DNA from: Kordiimonadales bacterium
GTDB lineage: Bacteria; Pseudomonadota; Alphaproteobacteria; Sphingomonadales; Kordiimonadaceae
Length of the DNA stretch: 64,000 bases
Reading direction: 5' to 3'
Assembly (NCBI GenBank): GCA_015485385.1
Contig: WFTS01000024.1
Coordinates: 2,606 to 66,605 of the forward strand
The notes under the pieces are model-generated. The model was given only the letters and a program-made list of their open reading frames with translations, did no database searches and was not told the DNA's origin. Each line of letters begins with the position of its first letter. Position 1 is the stretch's first letter. The position numbers and the translations under genes are program-made. Shown piece by piece: positions 30,858-39,530 of this stretch.

Positions 30858-31946
30858 ATGTCGGACCTTTTTGAAAATCCAATGGGCCTATGTGGTTTTG
30901 AGTTTGTTGAGTTCACGGCACCAGAAAAAGGCATTATTGAACCATTGTTTGAAAGTTTGGGCTTTTCGGCGGTCGCAAAGCATCGCTCAAAAGAGGCAAC
31001 GCTTTGGCGCCAAGGCGATATTAATTTCATCGTCAACTACGAACCAAACAGCCCTGCAGCATATTATGCAGAAGAACACGGCCCATCGGCTTGCGGCATG
31101 GCATTCCGAGTAAAGGATTCGCATTTTGCTTATAATCGGGCGCTTGAGCTGGGAGCGCAGCCCTTTGAAGTTAAGACAGGTCCAATGGAATTGCAATTAC
31201 CCGCGATCAAAGGCATTGGCGGTGCGCCCTTATACCTTATTGATCGTTATGAGGAGGGCTCTTCAATATATGATATTGATTTTGAGTTTTTTGAGGGCGT
31301 TGATCGTCATCCAAAGGGATGTGGTTTTAATGTCATCGATCATTTAACCCATAATGTTTATCGCGGCAGAATGCATTATTGGGCAGATTTTTATGAGAAA
31401 TTCTTCAATTTCCGTGAAATCCGCTATTTCGATATTAAGGGTGAATATACGGGCCTTGTTTCAAAAGCTATGACCGCGCCGGATGGATTAATACGCATTC
31501 CTCTGAATGAAGAATCCGGTGGTGGTAGTGGTCAAATTGAAGAATTCTTGATGGCTTATAACGGAGAGGGCATCCAGCATATTGCTTTCTCCTGCGATAA
31601 TCTTTTGGAATGTTGGGACAAGTTGAAGGCTCAAGGCGTTAAGTTTATGACTGCCCCGCCAGAAACATATTATAAAATGCTTGAGGACCGGTTGCCAGGG
31701 CACGGTGAACCGACTGAAGAACTGCAAGCCCGCGGTATTTTACTTGATGGTTCCACCGATGGCGGTGAGCCACGTTTACTGCTTCAAATATTCTCGGAAA
31801 CTGTTCTAGGCCCTGTGTTCTTCGAATTTATCCAGCGTAAACAAGATGATGGCTTTGGTGAAGGTAATTTCAAAGCATTGTTTGAAAGCATCGAGCGCGA
31901 CCAAATTGCACGGGGTGTTATTAGCGCAGATGAAGATGCAGCCTAA
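30858..31946 (+). CDS. hppD: 4-hydroxyphenylpyruvate dioxygenase
   Basis: [40 protein letters not shown]. Confidence 0.96.
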   Translation: MSDLFENPMGLCGFEFVEFTAPEKGIIEPLFESLGFSAVAKHRSKEATLWRQGDINFIVNYEPNSPAAYYAEEHGPSACGMAFRVKDSHFAYNRALELGAQPFEVKTGPMELQLPAIKGIGGAPLYLIDRYEEGSSIYDIDFEFFEGVDRHPKGCGFNVIDHLTHNVYRGRMHYWADFYEKFFNFREIRYFDIKGEYTGLVSKAMTAPDGLIRIPLNEESGGGSGQIEEFLMAYNGEGIQHIAFSCDNLLECWDKLKAQGVKFMTAPPETYYKMLEDRLPGHGEPTEELQARGILLDGSTDGGEPRLLLQIFSETVLGPVFFEFIQRKQDDGFGEGNFKALFESIERDQIARGVISADEDAA

Positions 31947-31990
31947 GTGTGATGACAGTTAAGCCCACTATTTCTGTGGAGGATATATAA

Positions 31991-32542
31991 ATGAAATTAG
32001 AACGCATTCATCATGTGGCTTACCGCTGCAAGGACGCCCGTGAAACCGTTGAGTTTTACCAAAAACACTTAAATATGGATTTTCAGTTAGCGATTGCGGA
32101 AGATCATGTGCCGTCAACAGGCGCATATGATCCATATATGCACCTGTTTTTGGATGCGGGGGACGGCAACATATTGGCATTTTTTGAACTGCCCGAGCAA
32201 CCGCCTATGGGCCGAGATGAACAAACCCCAGATTGGGTGCAACATATCGCCTTTGAGGTGGAAAGTGTGGAAGTCTTATTAGAGGCCAAACAGAATTTAG
32301 AGGCAAACGGGATCGATGTGGTTGGGCCAACTGATCATACTATATTCAAATCTATTTACTTCTTTGATCCAAGTGGTCACCGCTTAGAATTGGCTGCAAA
32401 CACAGCAAAGCCTGGCATGCTAACTGAGTTGAAACGCGTTGCTCCTCTTATGCTTGAGGAATGGTCAAAGACAAAAAAAGCGCCGCGCCATGCTGATTGG
32501 CTTCATGGCCACTCAGAGTTTAAAGCTCCAAGTGATAATTGA
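31991..32542 (+). CDS. VOC (glyoxalase/extradiol dioxygenase) family metalloprotein
   Basis: IHHVAYRC, QHIAFEV and FFDPSGHRLEL give the His/His/Glu metal triad. Confidence 0.85.
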   Translation: MKLERIHHVAYRCKDARETVEFYQKHLNMDFQLAIAEDHVPSTGAYDPYMHLFLDAGDGNILAFFELPEQPPMGRDEQTPDWVQHIAFEVESVEVLLEAKQNLEANGIDVVGPTDHTIFKSIYFFDPSGHRLELAANTAKPGMLTELKRVAPLMLEEWSKTKKAPRHADWLHGHSEFKAPSDN

Positions 32543-32550
32543 TTTTACGC

Positions 32551-32569
32551 CGACCTCGTGAGGAGGTCG
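32551..32569 (+). other. Intercistronic RNA hairpin between the VOC and FAH genes
   Basis: CGACCTC-GTGAG-GAGGTCG, a perfect 7-bp stem with no U-tract. Confidence 0.45.
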
Positions 32570-32592
32570 TAAGTTCTTAAGGGAAGATTCAA

Positions 32593-33600
32593 ATGAAATT
32601 AGCCTCTTTAAAATCGGGCCGTGACGGCAGCTTAGTTGTTGTTTCGCGTGATTTAACACGCATGACACCTGCTGTTGATATTGTCGCTACACTGCAAGCC
32701 GCCCTGGATGATTGGGATAATATATTTCCCCGTCTTCGGGCGCGCTATGAATCTTTAAATAGCGGGGCAATCGGTGGCGAAGCTTTTAATCAGGCTGACT
32801 GTGCATCTCCTTTGCCGCGTGCCTTTCAGTGGGCTGATGGCTCGGCTTATGTGAACCATGTTGAACTGGTGCGCAAGGCACGGGGCGCGGAAATGCCAGC
32901 TACTTTTTGGACAGAACCGCTGATGTATCAGGGCGGGTCGGATACTTTCCTTGGCCCCCGTGATGATATTGTGTTTCCAACCACAGATGGTTGGGGCGTA
33001 GACTTTGAAGCAGAGGTTGCGGTTATCACAGACGATGTACCGCTTGGGGTCTCTGCCGCAGATGCAGGGTCGCATATCAAGTTGTTGATGTTGGTTAATG
33101 ATGTGTCGCTACGCGGCTTAATACCAGGCGAGTTAGCAAAAGGCTTTGGCTTTTTCCAGTCTAAACCATCCAGCGCCTTTAGTCCGGTGTGCGTTACTCC
33201 CGATGAGCTTGAAGGCGTCTGGCAGGATAGTGTTCTCAGCTTGCCGCTGGTATCCACTTATAACGGCCAAATGTTTGGCAAGCCCGATGCCGGTATTGAT
33301 ATGACCTTTAATTTCGCACAGTTGATTGCGCATGCAGCAAAAACCCGGAACTTGGGTGCCGGCGCTATTGTTGGATCTGGCACTGTCTCTAATAAGTTGG
33401 ACGATGGTCCGGGAAAACCGATTTCTGAAGGCGGTGTGGGATATAGCTGTATCGCTGAAATCCGCATGATTGAGACAATTGAAACTGGGGCGCCGCAAAC
33501 AAATTTTATGTCCTTTGGCGATAACATCACGATTGAAATGTACGACACAGAGGGTGCGTCTATCTTTGGGCGGATTGAGCAAACTGTTGTGAAAGGCTAG
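32593..33600 (+). CDS. Fumarylacetoacetate hydrolase family protein
   Basis: QWADGSAY, PLMYQGGSD, DFEAEVAV, NDVSLR, FFQSKP, GSGTVSN. Confidence 0.9.
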   Translation: MKLASLKSGRDGSLVVVSRDLTRMTPAVDIVATLQAALDDWDNIFPRLRARYESLNSGAIGGEAFNQADCASPLPRAFQWADGSAYVNHVELVRKARGAEMPATFWTEPLMYQGGSDTFLGPRDDIVFPTTDGWGVDFEAEVAVITDDVPLGVSAADAGSHIKLLMLVNDVSLRGLIPGELAKGFGFFQSKPSSAFSPVCVTPDELEGVWQDSVLSLPLVSTYNGQMFGKPDAGIDMTFNFAQLIAHAAKTRNLGAGAIVGSGTVSNKLDDGPGKPISEGGVGYSCIAEIRMIETIETGAPQTNFMSFGDNITIEMYDTEGASIFGRIEQTVVKG

Positions 33601-33605
33601 GGCCT

Positions 33606-34262
33606 ATGCTCACGCTATATGGATATTTTCGATCATCGGCAGCGTACCGTGTGCGTATCGCCTTAGGCTTAAAAGGTTTAGCATATAAGCATATGGGCAT
33701 AAATTTGATGCCCGGTATAAGCGAGCAAAAATCTGAAAAATACCTTGCGTTAAATCCGCAGGGTCGTGTGCCCTATTTGATCGATGGTGACACCGCATTG
33801 TCTCAGTCACCGGCGATCTTGGAGTATCTTGAGGAAGCTTACCCCGAAATAGCTTTGTTACCACAAGATATGCATGAGCGTGCCCATGTCCGACAATTGG
33901 CTAGTCTAATAGGCTGCGATATTCACCCTTTAAACAATCTTTCGGTCTTAGGGTATTTGAAGACCAAATTTGAGGCGCATGAGGCGGACGTTACTGCGTG
34001 GTATAGTCACTGGATTCTTGAGGGCTTCACGGCGTTTGAGGCTATTCTGGCATCTCGAAAAGCTATGAGTAAATTCTGTCACGGCAACAGACCGGGCATG
34101 GCTGATGTCTATCTAGTGCCGCAGGTGTGGAATGCCCGACGTTTCGGTGTGCCCCTATCAGCCTTTCCCCAAATTACTGCAATTGATGCCGCCTGTAATA
34201 GCCTAGACGCCTTCATCGCGGCAGCGCCTGAAAACCAGCCCGATGCACCTAAATCCAAATAG
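33606..34262 (+). CDS. maiA: Maleylacetoacetate isomerase (GST zeta)
   Basis: YFRSSAAYRVRIAL, NPQGRVP, SQSPAILEYL, CDIHPLNNL. Confidence 0.93.
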   Translation: MLTLYGYFRSSAAYRVRIALGLKGLAYKHMGINLMPGISEQKSEKYLALNPQGRVPYLIDGDTALSQSPAILEYLEEAYPEIALLPQDMHERAHVRQLASLIGCDIHPLNNLSVLGYLKTKFEAHEADVTAWYSHWILEGFTAFEAILASRKAMSKFCHGNRPGMADVYLVPQVWNARRFGVPLSAFPQITAIDAACNSLDAFIAAAPENQPDAPKSK

Positions 34263-34274
34263 TTGGAGATAAAC

Positions 34275-35156
34275 ATGTTTATAAAAACCAGATTGGGCCG
34301 TGAAGCGGATGTTCGTGAAGACTATACAATTGATCAAAATTGGGAAGCATTTACCGACGAGGAGCATGACCGTTGGGATCGTTTATATGCACGCCAGAAC
34401 CGGCTTTTGGAAGGGCGGGCTTGTGATGAATTTTTAGAGGGAATACATAAGTTAGAGCTTTCAAAAAGCGGCATACCAAATTTTACAGACTTGTCTGACA
34501 GGCTTGAAAAGCTGACCGGTTGGCGTGTTGTTGCAGTTCCGGATTTGGTGCCAGATGATGTTTTTTTTGATCATTTGGCCAACCGCAGGTTCCCTGCTGG
34601 CAACTTTATTCGCAGTGAGAAAAATTTAGATTATTTGCAAGAGCCAGATGTATTTCATGATGTTTACGGTCATGTGCCGCTGCTAACGGATCCAGTTTTT
34701 GCGGATTATATGGAAGCCTACGGTAAGGGTGGGCAACGGGCGAAAGGACGTGGGGTCTTGAAAAATTTGGCCCGGCTTTACTGGTACACTGTTGAATTTG
34801 GTTTAATGAAGACCGATAAAGGCATGCGTATATACGGTGCAGGTATTCTAAGTTCAAAATCAGAGAGCGTTTTCTGCCTTGAAGATGATAGTCCACACCG
34901 TATTCATTTTGATTTGGAACGCTTGATGAAAACCGATTACCGGATAGATGACTTCCAGCAGACTTACTGGGTAATTGATGATTTTGATGAACTTTTAAGG
35001 GCGACATACCAAGACTTCGGCCCTCTGTATGATGCCCTTGAGGCCGATAATACAGTATATGCTCCTGATACTATTTTAACAGAGGATAGCCTTCAAAATG
35101 AAGGAACACAGGCTTATGCCTTGGCTGGCGGTCGGTTGGCACAGCAAGCGTCTTAA
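34275..35156 (+). CDS. phhA: Phenylalanine 4-monooxygenase
   Basis: DYLQEPDVFHDVYGHVP, LYWYTVEFGL, YGAGILSS. Confidence 0.95.
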   Translation: MFIKTRLGREADVREDYTIDQNWEAFTDEEHDRWDRLYARQNRLLEGRACDEFLEGIHKLELSKSGIPNFTDLSDRLEKLTGWRVVAVPDLVPDDVFFDHLANRRFPAGNFIRSEKNLDYLQEPDVFHDVYGHVPLLTDPVFADYMEAYGKGGQRAKGRGVLKNLARLYWYTVEFGLMKTDKGMRIYGAGILSSKSESVFCLEDDSPHRIHFDLERLMKTDYRIDDFQQTYWVIDDFDELLRATYQDFGPLYDALEADNTVYAPDTILTEDSLQNEGTQAYALAGGRLAQQAS

Positions 35157-35182
35157 ATAAAAAATATTGCAAAATTAACCAC

Positions 35183-35219
35183 AAAAAGCCCTGCGAGATT
35201 ATCTCTGGCAGGGCTTTTT
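35183..35219. terminator. Bidirectional intrinsic terminator between phhA and the amino-acid dehydrogenase
   Basis: AAAAAGCCCTGC-GAGATTATCTCTG-GCAGGGCTTTTT. Confidence 0.85.
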
Positions 35220-35243
35220 AGCGGAATTGATTGTTTATACTGT

Positions 35244-36359
35244 CTAGGACGAGAATTTGGCGGCGTTGGCTTTGTGAATAATGTCTTCGGCCATGTCGTT
35301 GGCAATAAGGCCTGTTGGACGTTTACTTTGGTCACTTGTTTTGAAAATAGTTGTCAAAGTTTCCCCGATACGCAGTATTTTTTCCCGACGGGCAGATTCA
35401 TCAAGTTTTTCACGGTAAACCTCTGATTCTACAGATATAATACCACCAGCATTGATCACATAATCTGGTGCATATAAAATTCCACGTTGGCGCAAGTCTT
35501 CATCTTCAACGCCTTCTCGCTCAAGCTGATTGTTTGCAGCGCCCGCAATGATTGATGCTTTGATTTCAGGAATTGTTTTTGGGTTTAGTCCCCCGCCAAG
35601 TGCACAAGGGGCAAATACATCTACATCCTCTGCATGGATTGTATCAAGCCCAACCACGGTTACGTTCCCCAGTGCTTTGGTTGCTTCAATATTGGCATCG
35701 ACAATGTCAGTGATCCGAACATGTGCGCCAGCATCAAGTAAGTGTTTTACAAGGGTGCGGCCAACATTGCCAACCCCTTGTACCGCAACTTTTATTCCGG
35801 CCATATCCTCTTTACCAAGTCTGTGTTTCACTGCCGCTTTAATGCCTGTGAAAACACCGAGTGCAGTATGGGGTGACGGATCACCGGTGCCAAAATCTAC
35901 ACCTTCGAGGCCGCAAACATACTTGGTACTTTCAGCTGTTGCTGCCAGCATTGCCGGGCTTGTGCCAACATCTTCGGCGGCATAATAACTGCCCCCAAGC
36001 CGGTTTACATAACGGCCAAAGGCGCGCATCAGATCATCATTACCAAGCTGCTTAGGATTGCCAATGATCACAGACTTACCACCGCCAAGGCGCAGCCCTG
36101 CCATTGCGTTTTTGTAGGACATTCCCCGTGAAAGCCGCAGAACATCATAGATGGCATCTTGCTCGCCGCGCTGTTCAGCAATATCGCTTGGCGCCATTTT
36201 GCGGTGTGCAGCGGCATAATCCCAAAAACGACAGCCGCCAGCGGCGGGTCCCAAAGCTGTTGAGTGCACAGCGATAATTGCCTTAAGGCCTGTCGTCTCA
36301 TCTGCGCAGAACACCACTTGTTCATGGTTTTTAAAGCTGCGTGAATCAAATACGGGCAT
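35244..36359 (-). CDS. Glu/Leu/Phe/Val dehydrogenase (leucine dehydrogenase-like)
   Basis: GMSYKNA, GGGKSVI, AEDVGT, VQGVGNVG, GAANNQL, YAPDYVINAGG. Confidence 0.9.
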   Translation of the reverse strand: MPVFDSRSFKNHEQVVFCADETTGLKAIIAVHSTALGPAAGGCRFWDYAAAHRKMAPSDIAEQRGEQDAIYDVLRLSRGMSYKNAMAGLRLGGGKSVIIGNPKQLGNDDLMRAFGRYVNRLGGSYYAAEDVGTSPAMLAATAESTKYVCGLEGVDFGTGDPSPHTALGVFTGIKAAVKHRLGKEDMAGIKVAVQGVGNVGRTLVKHLLDAGAHVRITDIVDANIEATKALGNVTVVGLDTIHAEDVDVFAPCALGGGLNPKTIPEIKASIIAGAANNQLEREGVEDEDLRQRGILYAPDYVINAGGIISVESEVYREKLDESARREKILRIGETLTTIFKTSDQSKRPTGLIANDMAEDIIHKANAAKFSS

Positions 36360-36658
36360 ATGTTTGTCCTTTTAATTTTGGTCCCGTCAGGGCCCTCTAA
36401 TATTGGTTGTTATTCTGTAGCCTTTACAGATCGCATATATTCAAATGCGGAGGCTTTTTTGTTATCGATTTTTCGTGCCTAAAAGGAGCAAAGACTTTTG
36501 CCGAACGTCTTTGATTGCCCACATTTAATTTAGAGGGAGTATTACATTTCTAAGAGGAAATGAGCTTTCGAATATTACATTTTTCGGCAATGAATATTCG
36601 CAGCTCTGGGCTTTTTTTGAAATAAAAGAACCCAAGTAAGAAATTTTAGCCAAGTAGA

Positions 36659-38065
36659 TTATATAAGTTGAGAGAGGACCTCTTTCAGCGCGCCTTGGAA
36701 AATACCCAACTGTCTTTTGCTGTTAAAAACTGCTGTGGAGACGCGAAGCGCATAAAGGGGTTCATTTTGATCAGGCTCATCAAAGCCAATGGATCTGATT
36801 TGGATGTTTTTTTCTAAAAGCTTTGCGACCACATGATCACAGGTTTTTTTGTCGTAAAACAAGTGTGATGGTTTGTACCAACTAAAGGGAAAAAATACAG
36901 TCAATCCAGATTTTAAGGATGGATCGACAGTCGGTGAGGCCAGCGCATTCGGCGACGAGGCGGCGATGAAGTCTTTAACCGACTGCGACAATGTTAAAAT
37001 ATGCTGCTCAACTAATTTGGGGCCACCAATATCATGCTGAAACTGCATAGCACGAAGCATTGAGGAAAATCCGGGTGCGTTGCTGCATCCTCGCACCTGC
37101 AGGGCCTGAGCCATGGGGAAGGGGCGCGCGGTTTTGTCTGTGGCATCCTCAAACTTATACATGCGCTGTGATAGGGTTGGATAAAACTCTGGTGGGTGTA
37201 TCTCTGAATTCTTTAAGTATAAAATACCTGTACTTGGAGGTCCGTTAAGCCATTTATGGCCGGGGCACGCGTAAAAATCGCAGGCGCTTATATGCTCATC
37301 CCCATCGCTGACATCAAGCATGCCAAAAGCTTGTGCTCCGTCAACGATGAGATACTCTATCTCAAGCTCATCTGCTTTTTTTCTGAGTAAATTAAGCGGA
37401 AGACGAAGGCCAGTCGTTGGGTAGACATGCGACACGCAAAGCGCCTTGGCACCGCGTAGGGCAGGGTCATTTGGAAACAAATAGTCTATCAATTCATCGG
37501 CACTAATGTTCGCGAGCTTGTGGGCATGCGGAAATTCTCGTGTGATAATTTTAGTGCCGATCCGCTGTTTGATAACTGTAAGCGGAGAGACAATCGCATT
37601 ATGCTCGTGATTGGTTATGATCGCACGATCATTCGCTTGAAAGTTCAAGCCCATAAGAACCATATTCAGGCCCATTGTCGTATTATCAGTAAGGCAGATA
37701 TTATCTTTTTCCACACCCAGCAAAGCCGCAACATCCGCCCGGTTTTTATGCTGCCGCTTGCCAAAATTCGGATCGCTTTCATAAGAGGTGGTCGGATCGC
37801 TTGCCCAGCGCAGTAATCCCGCGTTTAGATGATCAATCACACACTTGGGCATCGAGCCCTCAGTCCCGCTGTTGAGATAAGTGAAATCTGATGCCAACTG
37901 TGAAAATTTACACATAGACGTGTTAGGGGTATTATCCGCGTAGTTTTCCGCAAGAACCTGTGTTGAAAGACCAGAAGTTACGGCCAAAGCACCGACAAAG
38001 CCAGACTGTTTTAGAAATTGTCTACGACCTGTAAACTCTGTCGTGGCTTTTGATTTATCTGACAT
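36659..38065 (-). CDS. Class V PLP-dependent enzyme (isopenicillin-N-epimerase/cysteine-desulfhydrase-like) with a Tat signal
   Basis: RRQFLK plus a hydrophobic segment ending VLA; YLNSGTEG, IVDGAQAFG, PGHKWLNGP (PLP Lys), ALRVST. Confidence 0.85.
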   Translation of the reverse strand: MSDKSKATTEFTGRRQFLKQSGFVGALAVTSGLSTQVLAENYADNTPNTSMCKFSQLASDFTYLNSGTEGSMPKCVIDHLNAGLLRWASDPTTSYESDPNFGKRQHKNRADVAALLGVEKDNICLTDNTTMGLNMVLMGLNFQANDRAIITNHEHNAIVSPLTVIKQRIGTKIITREFPHAHKLANISADELIDYLFPNDPALRGAKALCVSHVYPTTGLRLPLNLLRKKADELEIEYLIVDGAQAFGMLDVSDGDEHISACDFYACPGHKWLNGPPSTGILYLKNSEIHPPEFYPTLSQRMYKFEDATDKTARPFPMAQALQVRGCSNAPGFSSMLRAMQFQHDIGGPKLVEQHILTLSQSVKDFIAASSPNALASPTVDPSLKSGLTVFFPFSWYKPSHLFYDKKTCDHVVAKLLEKNIQIRSIGFDEPDQNEPLYALRVSTAVFNSKRQLGIFQGALKEVLSQLI

Positions 38066-38089
38066 AGCGCTTGAAGTCTTTCGTTAGGT

Positions 38090-38722
38090 CTAGGGGATAC
38101 CGATATATTTATGGCTCTGTATGCTCAGTCGCCATTTTGGGTGTGCTTTGCAGTAATTTACGGCTTTTATAGCGTTTTCATTTTTAGCATCGCAGTCCAT
38201 AGGCTGCAGGAAGAAATGGGAAAAATCAAGGGAATCAAATTGCTCGGGTTCTCCGCCATTTTGTGGGTAAACCAGTTTAAGCTCTTGCCCTGATGTGACG
38301 ATCAACTCTGAGCCGATTTTTGGGCTAATGCAAAGCCAATCAATTCCCTCAGGAGGGGCTATCGTGCCGTTGCTTTCAACTGCCACCTCAAGGCCTGCTT
38401 CGTGGAAGGCAGCAATAAGGGCACTGTCAAGCTGCAGGAGAGGCTCCCCACCAGTGCATACCACCAGTGGCTTGCCACCTTCACCACTCCATGCAGCCCT
38501 AACGGCCTTTGCGAGTGCCTGCGGAGTTTTAAATTTTCCCCCACCATCACCATCGGTTCCAATGAAATCAGTGTCACAAAATTTGCACATGGCGGACACG
38601 CGGTCACGTTCAAGTCCAGTCCATAGATTACAGCCAGTAAAACGGCAAAAAACGGCAGGCCGTCCAGCTTGTCCGCCTTCGCCCTGTAACGTGTAAAATA
38701 TTTCTTTGACACTGTAGGTCAT
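38090..38722 (-). CDS. queE: 7-carboxy-7-deazaguanine synthase (radical SAM, CX14CX2C type)
   Basis: EIFYTLQGEG, C-NLWTGLERDRVSAM-C-KF-C, TGGEP, SIQSHKY. Confidence 0.93.
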   Translation of the reverse strand: MTYSVKEIFYTLQGEGGQAGRPAVFCRFTGCNLWTGLERDRVSAMCKFCDTDFIGTDGDGGGKFKTPQALAKAVRAAWSGEGGKPLVVCTGGEPLLQLDSALIAAFHEAGLEVAVESNGTIAPPEGIDWLCISPKIGSELIVTSGQELKLVYPQNGGEPEQFDSLDFSHFFLQPMDCDAKNENAIKAVNYCKAHPKWRLSIQSHKYIGIP

Positions 38723-38725
38723 GGA

Positions 38726-39421
38726 CTAAGCCCGGTACCGTGTTGGATCATCAAGGCCTGCTTCACGAAAGCCCTTTTTGCGCAGTAAGCAACTGTCGCA
38801 GTGGCCGCAGGCACCACCGTTTGGGCCGGGATCATAGCAACTGATCGTCATAGAATAATCAACACCAAGCCGGACGCCCTCAGCAGAAATTTGGGCCTTG
38901 CTCATATCGATCAGAGGGGTTCGGATGCGGATGCGTTCATCATCTGTTACACCAACTTTAGTACCAAGATTGGCGGTTTCTTCAAATGATTTGATAAACT
39001 CTGGGCGACAATCCGGATAGCCGCTGTAATCCAAAGCATTAACACCAATAAAAATATCCTTGGCGCCGACCACTTCTGCGTAGGCAAGAGCAAACGATAA
39101 AAAGATGGTATTACGTGCTGGCACATAGGTTACTGGAATATCAGAATCCATTGCGGCTTCATTGCGGTCTTTTGGCACATCAATATCGGCTGTCAGGGCG
39201 CTGCCGCCAAATAGGGTCAGGTCAATTTCAGCCGTTTTATGCTCTGTAACGCCGAGATGTTTGGCCACTGCGTCAGCAGCTTTCAATTCAACTGAATGGC
39301 GCTGCCCATAGCGAAATGATAGGGCGTAGACTTCGTAGCCTTCAGCTTGTGCCATAGCAACGCAGGTGGCGCTATCAAGCCCGCCCGATAAAAGAACTAC
39401 AGCTTTTTTAATATTGGTCAT
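38726..39421 (-). CDS. queC: 7-cyano-7-deazaguanine synthase
   Basis: [23 protein letters not shown] and CGHCDSC. Confidence 0.95.
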   Translation of the reverse strand: MTNIKKAVVLLSGGLDSATCVAMAQAEGYEVYALSFRYGQRHSVELKAADAVAKHLGVTEHKTAEIDLTLFGGSALTADIDVPKDRNEAAMDSDIPVTYVPARNTIFLSFALAYAEVVGAKDIFIGVNALDYSGYPDCRPEFIKSFEETANLGTKVGVTDDERIRIRTPLIDMSKAQISAEGVRLGVDYSMTISCYDPGPNGGACGHCDSCLLRKKGFREAGLDDPTRYRA

Positions 39422-39457
39422 AGCAAACCTTATAAAACAAAATTGCCTGATAAAATA

Positions 39458-39489
39458 AAAACGCTGGCGCTCTATAGCACTCAGCGTTT
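39458..39489 (-). terminator. Intrinsic terminator after the DAACS gene
   Basis: Minus strand AAACGCTG-15 nt-CAGCGTTT followed by TTATTTT. Confidence 0.55.
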
Positions 39490-39530
39490 CTATTTTGAAC
39501 CAATTTTATCGTTGGTTTATTCTGCTAGCG

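Noticed and set aside
35530-35985. 151-aa plus-strand ORF, and the many other 60-150 aa ORFs overlapping annotated genes
   Set aside because: These are antisense or alternate-frame shadows of well-supported genes, with no RBS or family motifs.
36487-36505. Sigma54 promoter for the amino-acid dehydrogenase
   Set aside because: The GG-to-GC spacing on the minus strand is 11 nt rather than the required 10.
38090-39421. queC/queE as a 7-deazaguanine DNA-modification (dpd) or QatABCD defence system
   Set aside because: Both proteins look canonical, and no dpdA/TGT-like, ATPase or TatD partner is nearby. Housekeeping queuosine synthesis is the simpler reading.
39422-39530. preQ1 riboswitch upstream of queC
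   Set aside because: Only the DAACS terminator and AT-rich sequence are present; I see no preQ1 aptamer consensus.
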